Shown: in pieces, positions 12,757 through 23,957 of the stretch | Layout of the letters: each line of letters starts with the position of its first letter | Position numbering within the stretch: position 1 is the first letter of the stretch | Origin: Octopus bimaculoides | Taxonomy: Eukaryota | Assembly: GCF_001194135.2 (NCBI RefSeq) | Contig: NC_068986.1 | Coordinates: 67,251,507 to 67,315,506, forward strand | Length of the DNA: 64,000 nucleotides | Reading direction: 5' to 3' | Program-made: the position numbers and the translations under genes | The notes under the pieces: model-generated | Told to the model about the DNA's origin: nothing | The model's database searches: none | Seen by the model: the letters and a program-made list of their open reading frames with translations, nothing else

Positions 12757-12770
12757 TTATCTATCTATCC
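12572..12770. repeat. (TATG)n then (TATC)n microsatellite
   Basis: Direct; abuts the 5'-truncated end of the Dong-type element. Confidence 0.95.
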
Positions 12771-12849
12771 ATGTAATAATCTCTTTAGTGTTATAAACAA
12801 ACATTTCCTCATGGATGTATCTGTACGTATATATTCTTTTATTCTTTTA

Positions 12850-13075
12850 TTCGTTTACTCTTTTACACACTTCAGTCATTTGATGATTGCGGCCATTCTC
12901 GAGCAGCACCTTTACTCGAACAAATCGAGCCCAAGACTTATTCTTTGTAAGTCTAGGGCTTATTTTATTGGTCTCTTTTGCCGAACCGCTAGGTTTCCGA
13001 GACATAAACACATGAGCATCGGTAAAGCGATGGTGAAGGAACAAACAAAGACACTCAGACACACAAACACATAAA
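12850..13075 (-). mobile_element. SINE family A, 3' half (split by a Tigger-like insertion)
   Basis: ttcagtcatttgatgattgcggcc...gccgaaccgctaggtttccg...gacacacaaacac matches other copies. Confidence 0.85.
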
Positions 13076-13089
13076 TATATATACATATA

Positions 13090-13889
13090 CAGGCATACCT
13101 CGGTTTAAGTCGTTTCGATTTAAGTCGTTCTGGATTATACGTTGGTTTTCAAAAATAATATATGAAAAATAAAAATCAAGTTAAGTCATTTTACTCGACT
13201 CCGCTTCTGTCCGCCACAAATATTGAAATCGTAGAATTACTAGAAAACCGTTAAAAGCACAAGAATAAAAGCATATAAAATCATAATAAAATATTTTCAG
13301 TAAATGTTAAGATACACTCCATAATGTAATGTAGCTTAGTGAACGAAATCATGCAATCAGCTGTCTTGTCTTATTTATCGGTATTTCGAAGATCATATTG
13401 CACTGTAGCTCCAGTATCTACCATTAGGCGTCGCTGCTACTCGTGATTCCTGCGATTGTTTTGAATTAAGATTTGTTTACGTCTGTTTATCGGCTACTTT
13501 CTTAATCTCATCCATTTGTGACTTTGTCTTTTGCTCCATGGCTCCTACGAAAATTCATAGTGGAAGTGCTAAGCGTCATGCTATAACACTGGAAAATAAA
13601 CTGGCTATGATAAAATACCATAAAGAGGTGAAAAAGTGGTAGCAATTGCACGATCTTTTGGGATGAGTCGGACAACTGTACATAATAAAGATAAGATTTT
13701 AGCACACATCAAATTTGAAGCCCCCAAGGATGAAGAACACTGTCGTCAATAAGAAAAAAATTACTTGTTTGTAAGCTTAAGTTATGTTTTTATTAACTAT
13801 ATATTATTGAAAATGCATTCATAAATAATGTACAGAACTGGGAATGTGTATTATCAGTTTAGCCCAGAAACAGGTAAATTCGACTTAAT
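13090..13889 (+). mobile_element. pogo/Tigger-like DNA transposon, internally deleted, right end truncated
   Basis: TA|CAGGCATACCTCG left end typical of Tigger. 13538-13750 encodes MAPTKIHSGSAKRHAITLENKLAMIKYHKE...VVAIARSFGMSRTTV (CENP-B-type HTH). Subterminal ttcgacttaa repeats recur at the right end. Confidence 0.8.
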
Positions 13890-14000
13890 TCAGGTCTATA
13901 GTAGAAGACACTTGCCTAAGTTGCCACGCGGTGGGACTGAACTCGAAACTATGTGGCTGGGAAACAAGCTTCTTATCATAGAGGCACTCCTGCGCCTACA
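13890..14000 (-). mobile_element. SINE family A, 5' part (head)
   Basis: ctatagtagaagacacttgcctaagttgccacgcggtgggactgaactcgaaactatgtggctgg...cactcctgcgcc. Confidence 0.85.
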
Positions 14001-14814
14001 TGATTACGTTTCTTTGTATTTCCATATACATATTTGCTTGTCAACTTGCGTATATGTGCATGCACAGATGTATGTTAGTCTATATATAGTCGCATGCACA
14101 TACGTATATATATATATATATATATATATNNNNNNNNNNNNNNNNNNNNNNNNNNNNNNNNNNNNNNNNNNNNNNNNNNNNNNNNNNNNNNNNNNNNNNN
14201 NNNNNNNNNNNNNNNNNNNNNNNNNNNNNNNNNNNNNNNNNNNNNNNNNNNNNNNNNNNNNNNNNNNNNNNNNNNNNNNNNNNNNNNNNNNNNNNNNNNN
14301 NNNNNNNNNNNNNNNNNNNNNNNNNNNNNNNNNNNNNNNNNNNNNNNNNNNNNNNNNNNNNNNNNNNNNNNNNNNNNNNNNNNNNNNNNNNNNNNNNNNN
14401 NNNNNNNNNNNNNNNNNNNNNNNNNNNNNNNNNNNNNNNNNNNNNNNNNNNNNNNNNNNNNNNNNNNNNNNNNNNNNNNNNNNNNNNNNNNNNNNNNNNN
14501 NNNNNNTTATATATTTATATATTTAATCCTTTATATTGAACACTCAATATTTCATATATTCAATAAGACATATTCCATATATTCAATAAGACATTCAATA
14601 CTTCATTTCATTGTACCATCCATCTTTTTTTATATTATATATTATATATTCCATATTCTATATCCCACATAAATTTTACGAGAATATAAATAAAAAACAT
14701 AAAAAACAGACAGATTTGGAACTCTTTTAAATAAAATAATATATTCCTCTATACACGATCATACAAAACCCTTTTTTTTTGTATTTATTTTTACTCATAT
14801 ATATATATATATAC

Positions 14815-14962
14815 ATATATACGACGGGCTTCTTTCAGTTTCCATCAACCAAATCCCCTCACAAGGCCTTGGTCGGCCCAAGGCTATAGTAGAAGACACC
14901 TTGCCCAAGTTGCCATGGAAACATGTGGTTGGTAAGCAAGCTACTTACCACACACCCACTCA
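14815..14962 (-). mobile_element. SINE family A, 5' half
   Basis: cgacgggcttctttcagtttcc...ggtcggcccaaggctatagtagaagacac...gctacttaccacac. Confidence 0.85.
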
Positions 14963-15465
14963 TTTACAGATGGATATACTGAGATGATGTGAAATAAGAA
15001 AGAAAGAAATAATAATAAAAAAACAAAACAAACCGAAGCAAAACTCATTGTGATTAGTATATAGAGAACCAGAAAATACATAATTAATTTCCTTTTAATA
15101 TTTTTTTCAGGAAACTTGATTCTTGAAATACCTAAATGTTCTCGCAGGTAATCCTGAAATTGTTGTCTTTTGGGAGAACATGTTTGAGAAGTAAAGCTTT
15201 TGTTGTAGACTTAACACATTAACTGTTGTTATCAGTTATTTTTAGCTTTACATTTAAAAGTAAACAATGTGAATGATGGAAACATATCTAAAACACAATC
15301 AATCTGAAATATTCAGCCGAGGTACGACTACGCTGGGAAGGCTTTAACCAATCGGAATATAGTGTACTACCTCATTATTTTCCACTAAGATGAAACGTGC
15401 ATATGGCTGTCCCAGAAAACAAAGCATAGTACTGCTTCACTGAGTGGTAGACGCTAATGTTACAT

Positions 15466-15499
<34 letters not shown>

Positions 15500-15502
15500 G
15501 TA

Positions 15503-15559
<57 letters not shown>

Positions 15560-15650
15560 AGAGAGAAGGAGAGAGAAAGTGTAATGACAATTGCGGAGAT
15601 CAACTACAGAAGAAGTTCCTAAGGTTTCTACCACCACGACTCTCCAAAGG

Positions 15651-15721
15651 AAACTAATACACCTGCTTGTTGTTCCTACTCCTGTCTTCGTCTTTCGTTT
15701 TCTGAAAATTTGAACAATATA
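15651..15721 (+). mobile_element. Short 3'-terminal fragment related to the 3.2-6.2 kb Penelope tail
   Basis: aaactaatacacctgcttgttgttcctactcctgtcttcgtctttcgttttctgaaaatttgaacaatata resembles 6169-6238. Confidence 0.6.
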
Positions 15722-15764
15722 CACGGGTGTGTATGTGTGTGTGCGTGTGCGCGCGCATATATTT

Positions 15765-15974
15765 TTTATTTGCTTCAGTCATTTGACTGCGGCCATGACA
15801 GAGCATCACCTTGGCGGGTTTTAGTCATACAAATCGACCTCAGGACTTATTCTTTAAGGCCTAGTACTTATTCTATCGGTTTTTTTTTTGGCGAACCGCT
15901 GGTTTACGAGGGATTTAAACTCGGCTACACCGGTTGGAGGGACGAAAAAACCCAAAGACACACACACACACACA
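15765..15974 (-). mobile_element. SINE family A, 3' half
   Basis: ttcagtcatttgactgcggccatg...ggacttattctttaaggcctagtacttattctatcgg...gaaccgct. Confidence 0.85.
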
Positions 15975-15976
15975 TA

Positions 15977-16310
15977 AGGGGTCTGATGAATAAGTATGCG
16001 GACTGTTGCCATAGTAACGAGCCTATTGCACGCAGACTAAAGCCGCTTGACAAAAAATGGCCTTGACCGGTATGTACATGCACACTAAATTTTAACGTTC
16101 TAGTTCACTTTCGCTATTTACAGCAGAGCTTCGAAGTAACGTGTGTAACGTGTGATCGTCGCATTGATCATGACAGAAAAAGTTGTCATGGCGATACCTG
16201 CTCAGAAACCAACGCTAAGTTGCAGAAAGTGTACAGATAGGAGTGCATGAGTCGCACACAAGTGTACAAGTGGTTCAGACGTTTTCAAGATGGCTGAAAA
16301 AATGTCGATA
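15977..16310 (+). mobile_element. mariner 5' fragment, same family as 1722-2440
   Basis: TA|aggggtctgatgaataagtatgcggactgttgccatagtaacg TIR; remnant MTEKV...AKLQKVY...THTQVYKWFRRFQDG-like. Confidence 0.85.
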
Positions 16311-17061
16311 TTTACAAAGATCCTCCTCCATATTTAACAGTTGGAAGAAGGCAGTCAGGGTCAAATGCTTCTTTTGGCTATCTCCACACGTATACTCGGC
16401 CGGTGGTTAGAAATACGTTAAAGCACGACTCGTCCGAGAAAATAACATTCTTTCACTGCTCTAGGGACAAATTCTGTTGGTTTTTACTCAGTTGATTTTT
16501 ACGCCACTCTAAACGCTTTGCAACGTTTGCTTTTGAAAGTAGCGGTTTTCTGATTGTAGCCCTACAATCAGCAGCTCCCGGTGAACAGTTTTTGTGGAAA
16601 CTGGGTTCTCGAGCTGGTCATTAAGCTTTGCAGTAATTTTGGGAGCTTTACTTTTGTGATTCTTTCTAACAATTCGCGTAAGATTTCGACAGAAAGTTTT
16701 GGATTTCTTCCGGAGTTTTGTTTCTACGAGGACGTTTTTCCCTTTTTCTCAAAGGCTGTCATTACTTTCGAGATAATACTTCTTGATACACCCAACATTT
16801 CCGTTGTTTTCGTTACGCTAGCGCCTGCCATACGAGCACCAACAATTTGACCTCTTTGAAAGTCCGACAGATCTGTCATATTAATGAATTTTAATTACCT
16901 TTTTCTGGTGATATCTGAAAAGAAACAGCAATTTTAGCAAAACATTAAGCAACACTAATAAATCAGAAAACAAAAATAAATAAGCTTTTGACGGTTTTAT
17001 AGATATTTCAAAATTATGATGCTATGATGCTAGGTGTTTCCATTATTTTGTCCAACCCCTG
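16310..17061 (-). mobile_element. Tc1-family transposon 5' half
   Basis: End caggggttggacaaaataatggaaacacc (minus); translation MTDLSDFQRGQIVGARMAGASVTKTTEMLGVSRS...RKPLLSKANVAKRLEW...VIFSDESCF...VYVWR.PKEAFDPDCLLPTVKYGGG. Confidence 0.88.
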
Positions 17062-17421
17062 TCTATATACGTATACATGTATGTGTGTGCATATGTATGC
17101 GTGTGTGATTAATATTTACGCAACATTTAATCTAAAATATTTATTTATCACTTATTCGCTTTTTGAATAAAATAAAAATGAAATAAACATTGCCTATATG
17201 TAATAGGTAATTGCCTTAGCTGCATGTCATAATTTGCTGTCCGATTGCCTTAGGCAATATATAGGTTATATCTATAATAATATATTTGATTTGGTCGCAT
17301 AATTAAAGTCTATCGTACGTAGAACTATGCAGAATGAGAGAATAGATATGTATGAGGAGTTGAAAGAGGAGGAGCAGGAAGGGAAGATAAGAATAAGAAG
17401 CTGTCTATTTATATAAATATG

Positions 17422-17464
<43 letters not shown>

Positions 17465-18617
17465 ACACACATCCACACACATATCGTAAGACAAATTAAT
17501 TTAAATACAAGATAAGTACGTTACGACATATATGCTTTTCTCAAGAAATGCAGGATAAGAAACGATCGGTAAAGAACGATAAAGACTGAAATATCCAGAG
17601 AGACTTTGGCATGTTATATATATGAGAGATATAGAAAAGGCTGAGGGATAGCGGCGGCGGGAGGAAAGGGCAGCAAAACAGTTGTCGATTGAGAGAGTTA
17701 ATGAGAGGGATATGGAAAGGTGCGACAGAGACCATGAGTGCATGAAACAGAAAAAGAAGAAGAATGGAATAAGAGAGTGGAGGAGAGAGATTGAAAAAGT
17801 GGGATAGAGAAAATGAAGAAATGTGAGATAGTAAGATTGAAAGTGAGATAGGAATGGAGTGAGCGTATGTTAGTGAGTGGAAGATGAATGAGTGACAGAG
17901 ATAGAGATGATGATAGCGTGGGATAATTAGTAAACGAGTGAGGAGAGGAAGAAGTGACATATATATATATATATATATATANNNNNNNNNNNNNNNNNNN
18001 NNNNNNNNNNNNNNNNNNNNNNNNNNNNNNNNNNNNNNNNNNNNNNNNNNNNNNNNNNNNNNNNNNNNNNNNNNNNNNNNNNNNNNNNNNNNNNNNNNNN
18101 NNNNNNNNNNNNNNNNNNNNNNNNNNNNNNNNNNNNNNNNNNNNNNNNNNNNNNNNNNNNNNNNNNNNNNNNNNNNNNNNNNNNNNNNNNNNNNNNNNNN
18201 NNNNNNNNNNNNNNNNNNNNNNNNNNNNNNNNNNNNNNNNNNNNNNNNNNNNNNNNNNNNNNNNNNNNNNNNNNNNNNNNNNNNNNNNNNNNNNNNNNNN
18301 NNNNNNNNNNNNNNNNNNNNNNNNNNNNNNNNNNNNNNNNNNNNNNNNNNNNNNNNNNNNNNNNNNNNNNNNNNNNNNNNNNNNNNNNNNNNNNNNNNNN
18401 NNNNNNNNNNNNNNNNNNNNNNNNNNNNNNNNNNNNNNNNNNNNNNNNNNNNNNNNNNNNNNNNNNNNNNNNNNNNNNNNNNNNNNNNNNNNNNNNNNNN
18501 NNNNNNNNNNAACGAAAATTTTAGGAAAATAAAAATAAGAAATAAGTGGAAATTTTACCGGCGAGTGTGTTAAATTTTAAGGCACAATAAGAAAATGACT
18601 CTCCCCAGACACAACAG

Positions 18618-18681
<64 letters not shown>

Positions 18682-18685
<4 letters not shown>

Positions 18686-19937
18686 TATGCAGGAAGTAAA
18701 TAGACACCTTTAATTTTCAAAACTTCTGATCTACGCGTCTTAATATGCTTTCAGCGGTGTAGAATTTACGATGTAATGATTCTTTTTCATTCTAGATGCC
18801 ATTACATTCAACATCTGCGAAGAGTAAACATGCTACACACAAAATAAATTCAGCAGAACTGTCAGATTTTCAAAGAGGTTGCATTGTTGGGTAATTTGAG
18901 GCTGGTCTTAGCCAGCGAAAAATTGCCGAAAATCTTCAAATTCCTCTTGCTACTGTTGATAGAATTATAGTGCAATTCAAAAGACAAAGAAAAGAATCAA
19001 CAAATTCTCGTCCCGGCCGACCTGGGCCCTCGGTAAGGAAGCTTCGCTGTTTGAAGAGAATTGTGGAAAATGAATCCCGTTCGAAGGCTTCTGAAATTGC
19101 AAAACAGCTAGAAGTTAGTCCAAGAACTTGTGTTACATATTTGCATAATCTTGGGTGTTATGGACAAGCAGCGAGAAGAAAACCCCTCCTTCAACCAATT
19201 AACATCATGAAAAGAAAGAAATGGGCTAAGGAGATGTCATAGAAATCAAGTTCATTTTGGGATAGAGTGATTTTCTCAGATGAATCCAGAATTGCATTAT
19301 TTTCAGACAGTGGTCTGGAGGCTTCCCAATCAAAAATTTGATTTGAACCGACTCCAATCAACTGTGAAACATGGAGGTATCTCTGTAATGATATAGGGTG
19401 TTGTCATCAGCAATGGTCGTTCTGAGCTGATCGAATGTGTTGGAACCATAAACTCTAAAAAATACATCAAAATATTTAAGCAAGGACTACTTGTGAATAT
19501 TCCCACGATAACATAACGAAAAATTAGTTATTCATGGAAGAAGGGGCTCCATGCCACACAGCGAAAAGGAATCAACAACGGCTGATTGAAAATGGGATCA
19601 AAAAGATTCCTTGGCCGAGCCAGTCTCCTGACATGAACTCAATTGGAAATCTTTGGAGCGTACTAGATATAGCTATACGGAAACTTCGACAGAAACCTGA
19701 ATCTAAAAATGAATTGTTTCGATTGTTGCGTGAAAAGTGGGCAGAAATTCCACAAGAGACAATCGCAAAGCTCATCAGTTCAATACCAAAAAGAGTTTTT
19801 GAATTAAAAACTGCAAAGGGAATGTCAACTAAATACTAAAGTATGTAATCCTACCTATCGATTACATTTCAATTGTTCGCTTTGCGTATTAAATAAAAGA
19901 TTTTGAAAATCAAAGGTGTCTATTTACTTCCTGCATG

Positions 19938-19941
<4 letters not shown>
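18682..19941 (+). mobile_element. Full-length Tc1 (DD34E) transposon, inactive
   Basis: 41-bp TIRs cagatatgcaggaagtaaatagacacctttaattttcaaaa (18682-18722) and 19901-19941 (3 mismatches); 1260 bp. Confidence 0.95.
18796..19839 (+). pseudogene. Tc1 transposase pseudogene
   Basis: SAELSDFQRGCIVG*, GRP, RKPLL, IFSDES, TVKHGG, FMEEGAPCH (second D to E), WPSQSPDMNSIGNLW (E to G), ends GMSTKY*; contains stops and a frameshift. Confidence 0.92.
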
Positions 19942-19981
<40 letters not shown>

Positions 19982-20204
19982 TGTGTGTGTATATATCTTT
20001 ATAGATAGATAGATAGATATATACACACACATATATATATATATGTATATAGGGGTTATGAGATGTAATGGTGTCAATAAGACCCAAAGGTGTCAGGTAA
20101 TGCTGAGTAAGTGCTATGGACAGACCATAGTTAAACTTCAGGTTCGGTGATTATGCGAATAAGAAATCCATCGTAGGTCTTATATATCAGTATGTGTATA
20201 TATA

Positions 20205-20640
20205 AAAAAAAATTTTTCAGATAAAAAAAAAAACCAAGGCTGTGAAGATTTTAGAACATTTATAATTAGAAGGTCTTACAACTGTTTCCGGGACATTTTT
20301 TTATATCTCTTCATCGGAGACGGTGTGAGAAAATAGTTATGCAATAGTTAATTTAAATAAGATATGAAATAGAGAGTGAAGTGGGGGAATGAAAATAGAT
20401 GTGAGATATGTAGGGATATTGCATTTGTAGATCCATCATTTAGGCAGAATGGTATACATGTAAGATTCCAATGCCGTGTGAGTAAATTCCAATAATATTT
20501 AAAATTGGTCATTCTAAGTATACAGTTTATGCACAGTGCTATTGAATCGAGGGTTTATTTAAAGTGACCTAAGAGTAGGAAATGAATTTGTAAGGTCAAA
20601 TCGAAAGCAGGAAGAGAGGAATAAAGAAAACAAACGAGGA
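20205..20640 (-). repeat. Inverted pseudo-LTR copy (left arm)
   Basis: Reverse complement matches 22640-23075 throughout, e.g. aaagtgacctaa, tcaaatcgaaagcaggaagagagg, taggcagaatggtatacat. Confidence 0.92.
20273..20321 (-). ncRNA. Minimal hammerhead-ribozyme-like motif (left pLTR)
   Basis: Minus strand: gtct-CCGATGA-agagatataaaaaaatgtcccg-GAAA-cagttg-TA-agac. Confidence 0.6.
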
Positions 20641-21468
20641 AATTTTCAATAATCACGCACCATATTACAATCAAGCACTCACTGCTAGCGGCTTTTCCCA
20701 GCAAATAGAATACATTCATGACACCAGGCTCAAACAATATATATCTCAAATCACATATCAAACACGCACCAACCATCACAGTCGCAACCAACTACTCACA
20801 CTCGTCAATAGAACCCTGGAAGGTTTTACACCTCGGCAACCTAGACCCCACGCACATTCATTTAACACTTAGTCAAAAACTAGAACAACTAAAACACTTC
20901 GCCACAAACATACATTCCAAAAATATAGATAGCACTCCTTTATCTAAAAACTTAGAAAGAACTACTCCCAGACACCCTAAAAAAAGCTGCGGATCCTCTA
21001 TTCTGTAGTACACAACCCCATTCTCACTTAATGTTAAGAACTTAACTAAATCCTTCTGTATAATACTAGACTCTAACTTGCCCCGGCAACTTAAATATCA
21101 GTCTATTTTTAATCGATCCACCCTGAAAGTATCTTATTCTACCCCACCCAACTTCGAATCTACTGTAGCAGCCTCCAATAAGGAAAAGCGTTCTCTTTAC
21201 TATCATAACTCACACAATTAGAACTCTAGTCATACGAACACAGCCACAACCCAACTCATCCTGCTGACACTACCTGGAACACCACCACAATCCCTACCAC
21301 CCTTACAATTAGTACAATTTTTTAAAAAAGCAAATTAATAATAACAGTGATGGTAATGATAACGTTAATAATACTAATAATCTAGAATCTTCTACTCCCT
21401 TCTCGAACCTCTCCTCTGACGATATTACCTCCTACATTCCTGAACACATTCCCCAAAATTCACCTAAT

Positions 21469-21942
21469 TGTAACTGCCGTCTTGGAACCATCTGCCCCTT
21501 ATAAACCCATTGCAGAAGATATAATGTAATTTACAAATGCACTGTCCTTAATCTATTACACTACTCTACAACCATATACATAGGATCAACCAAATGTTTT
21601 AAGTAACAATATGCCACTCACCTCCATTATTTTAGATACGATAAACATTGTAAATCTACAACACTCGCCAACCACATACATTAACTCAAAAATACAAATA
21701 TACCCTATACTCTATCATGGTCCATACTGGATTCAGGGCTTGGCTACCGAGGTCAACGCTCAACCTGCAAGTTTTGCCTAAAGGAGGCACTTCACATATT
21801 AAAGCACAACTCTCCAGCACTGCTAAATAAACACAATGAGGCACGAAGCACATGCAGCCACCGCTTTTTTTACACATTCAAATTCTACCACAAATCCAAA
21901 TGCCTAAATGACCATACAGTACATTTCCACAATAACTCATAG
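21469..21942 (+). pseudogene. GIY-YIG endonuclease remnant of the second Penelope-like element
   Basis: Single frame with three internal stops; VIY...YIG signature and downstream C/H residues. Confidence 0.85.
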
Positions 21943-22639
21943 ATAATCCCAATAACCTTATAAATCTACATTTATACTCCTAATCCCTATTTAATTCCTC
22001 TTTCATACTCGAATATCACAGCCATCTAGTTATATTCGTGTGTATATGCGTGCATACATATGTGCGTGTATGTGTGTATGTGTAAATGTATGTATGTATG
22101 CAAGGAATATATACCTGCGTGTGCAGGGGCGATAATACATACAGATACACGTATATATAGGTATACATATGTACATATACATATCAGTACGAGTTCTATG
22201 TGTAGATGTTGATATGTATAAATATCTGTATAAATGTATATATACATGTTTAATATATGCATCTGTATACATCTTTACATATATATTTTCTTCTACTACT
22301 AAGCACTAACCTGTCCAACCAACCTAATCTATATTCCCAAATTCTTCATTCAACCGTATTACTACCCCTACCCCCTCTCTCTGTTCCATCACATAGGTTC
22401 TATCACTACATATCTGACACTCCTTTTCTTTTTACACTATTATACCTCTCTCCGTATCACCCCTCATTCCTTCTATCGGACACTCCTTTACTCTTTACCC
22501 TATCATCTTTTTAAACGTTTATATCTTTCTCTCTCTATCACACTCACCCCCCCATTCCTACTATCAATTTATCTTGACTGACCACTAACTGGTACACTTT
22601 CCCTCTCTTAATCTCTTTATTACCTATCTCCTTGCTTTT

Positions 22640-23074
22640 CTCTTTTCTTTTTTCTTATCCCTCTCTTCCTGCTTTCGATTTGACCCTACAAAACACATTC
22701 CCTACTTTTAGGTCACTTTAAATATACCCTCAATCCAATAGCACTGTATTCAAACTCTATACTTGGAATGACCAATTTTAAATACTATTGGAATTTACTC
22801 ACAAGATATTGGAATCTTATATGTATACCATTCTGCCTAAATAATGGCTCCACAAATGCAATATCTCTGCATATCTCACATCTATTTTCATTCCTCCACT
22901 TCACCCTGTATTTCATATCTCATCTAAACTAACTATTGCTCAACTATTCTCTCATACCGTCTCCGATGAAGGGATATAAAAAATATCCCGGAAACAGCTG
23001 TAAGACCTATTTATAAATGTTCTAAAATATCACAGCCTTGGTTTTGGTTTTTTATCTCAGTCTGAAAAAATTTC

Positions 23075-23075
<1 letters not shown>
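22640..23075 (+). repeat. Pseudo-LTR (right arm)
   Basis: Partner of 20205-20640; ends at (TA)n. Confidence 0.92.
22959..23006 (+). ncRNA. Minimal hammerhead-ribozyme-like motif (right pLTR)
   Basis: gtct-CCGATGA-a-GGGATAT(aaaaa)ATATCCC-g-GAAA-CAGCTG-TA-agac: stem I gtct/agac, 7-bp stem II, palindromic stem III. Confidence 0.68.
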
Positions 23076-23115
<40 letters not shown>

Positions 23116-23920
23116 TATATATANNNNNNNNNNNNNNNNNNNNNNNNNNNNNNNNNNNNNNNNNNNNNNNNNNNNNNNNNNNNNNNNNNNNNNNNNNNNN
23201 NNNNNNNNNNNNNNNNNNNNNNNNNNNNNNNNNNNNNNNNNNNNNNNNNNNNNNNNNNNNNNNNNNNNNNNNNNNNNNNNNNNNNNNNNNNNNNNNNNNN
23301 NNNNNNNNNNNNNNNNNNNNNNNNNNNNNNNNNNNNNNNNNNNNNNNNNNNNNNNNNNNNNNNNNNNNNNNNNNNNNNNNNNNNNNNNNNNNNNNNNNNN
23401 NNNNNNNNNNNNNNNNNNNNNNNNNNNNNNNNNNNNNNNNNNNNNNNNNNNNNNNNNNNNNNNNNNNNNNNNNNNNNNNNNNNNNNNNNNNNNNNNNNNN
23501 NNNNNNNNNNNNNNNNNNNNNNNNNNNNNNNNNNNNNNNNNNNNNNNNNNNNNNNNNNNNNNNNNNNNNNNNNNNNNNNNNNNNNNNNNNNNNNNNNNNN
23601 NNNNNNNNNNNNNNNNNNNNNNNNNNNNNNNNNNNNNNNNNNNNNNNNNNNNNNNNNNNNNNNNNNNNNNNNNNNNNNNNNNNNNNNNNNNNNNNNNNNN
23701 NNNNNNNNNNNNNNNNNNNNNNNNNNNNNNNNNNNNNNNNNNNNNNNNNNNNNNNNNNNNNNNNNNNNNNNNNNNNNNNNNNNNNNNNNNNNNNNNNNNN
23801 NNNNNNNNNNNNNNNNNNNNNNNNNNNNNNNNNNNNNNNNNNNNNNNNNNNNNNNNNNNNNNNNNNNNNNNNNNNNNNNNNNNNNNNNNNNNNNNNNNNN
23901 NNNNNNNNNNNNNNNNNNNN

Positions 23921-23957
<37 letters not shown>

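Larger units (their letters stand above)
20205..23075 (+). mobile_element. Second Penelope-like element (different family) with 5' inverted pseudo-LTR; RT mostly lost, GIY-YIG remnant retained
   Basis: IFNNHAPYYNQALTASGF (RT C-terminal region, ~20642); YTTPFSLNVKNL...IFNRSTLKVSYSTPPN linker (~21010-21160); CNCRLGTICPL...NVIYKCTV...IYIGST...TTLANHIH.LK...CKFCLKE...LLNKHNE..STCSH (21469-21942). 20205-20640 is an inverted copy of 22640-23075. Confidence 0.88.

Noticed and set aside
17500-17957. Purine-rich tract resembling a Penelope-style 3' UTR on the minus strand
   Set aside because: No alignable homology to either Penelope element in the window and no convincing ribozyme core.
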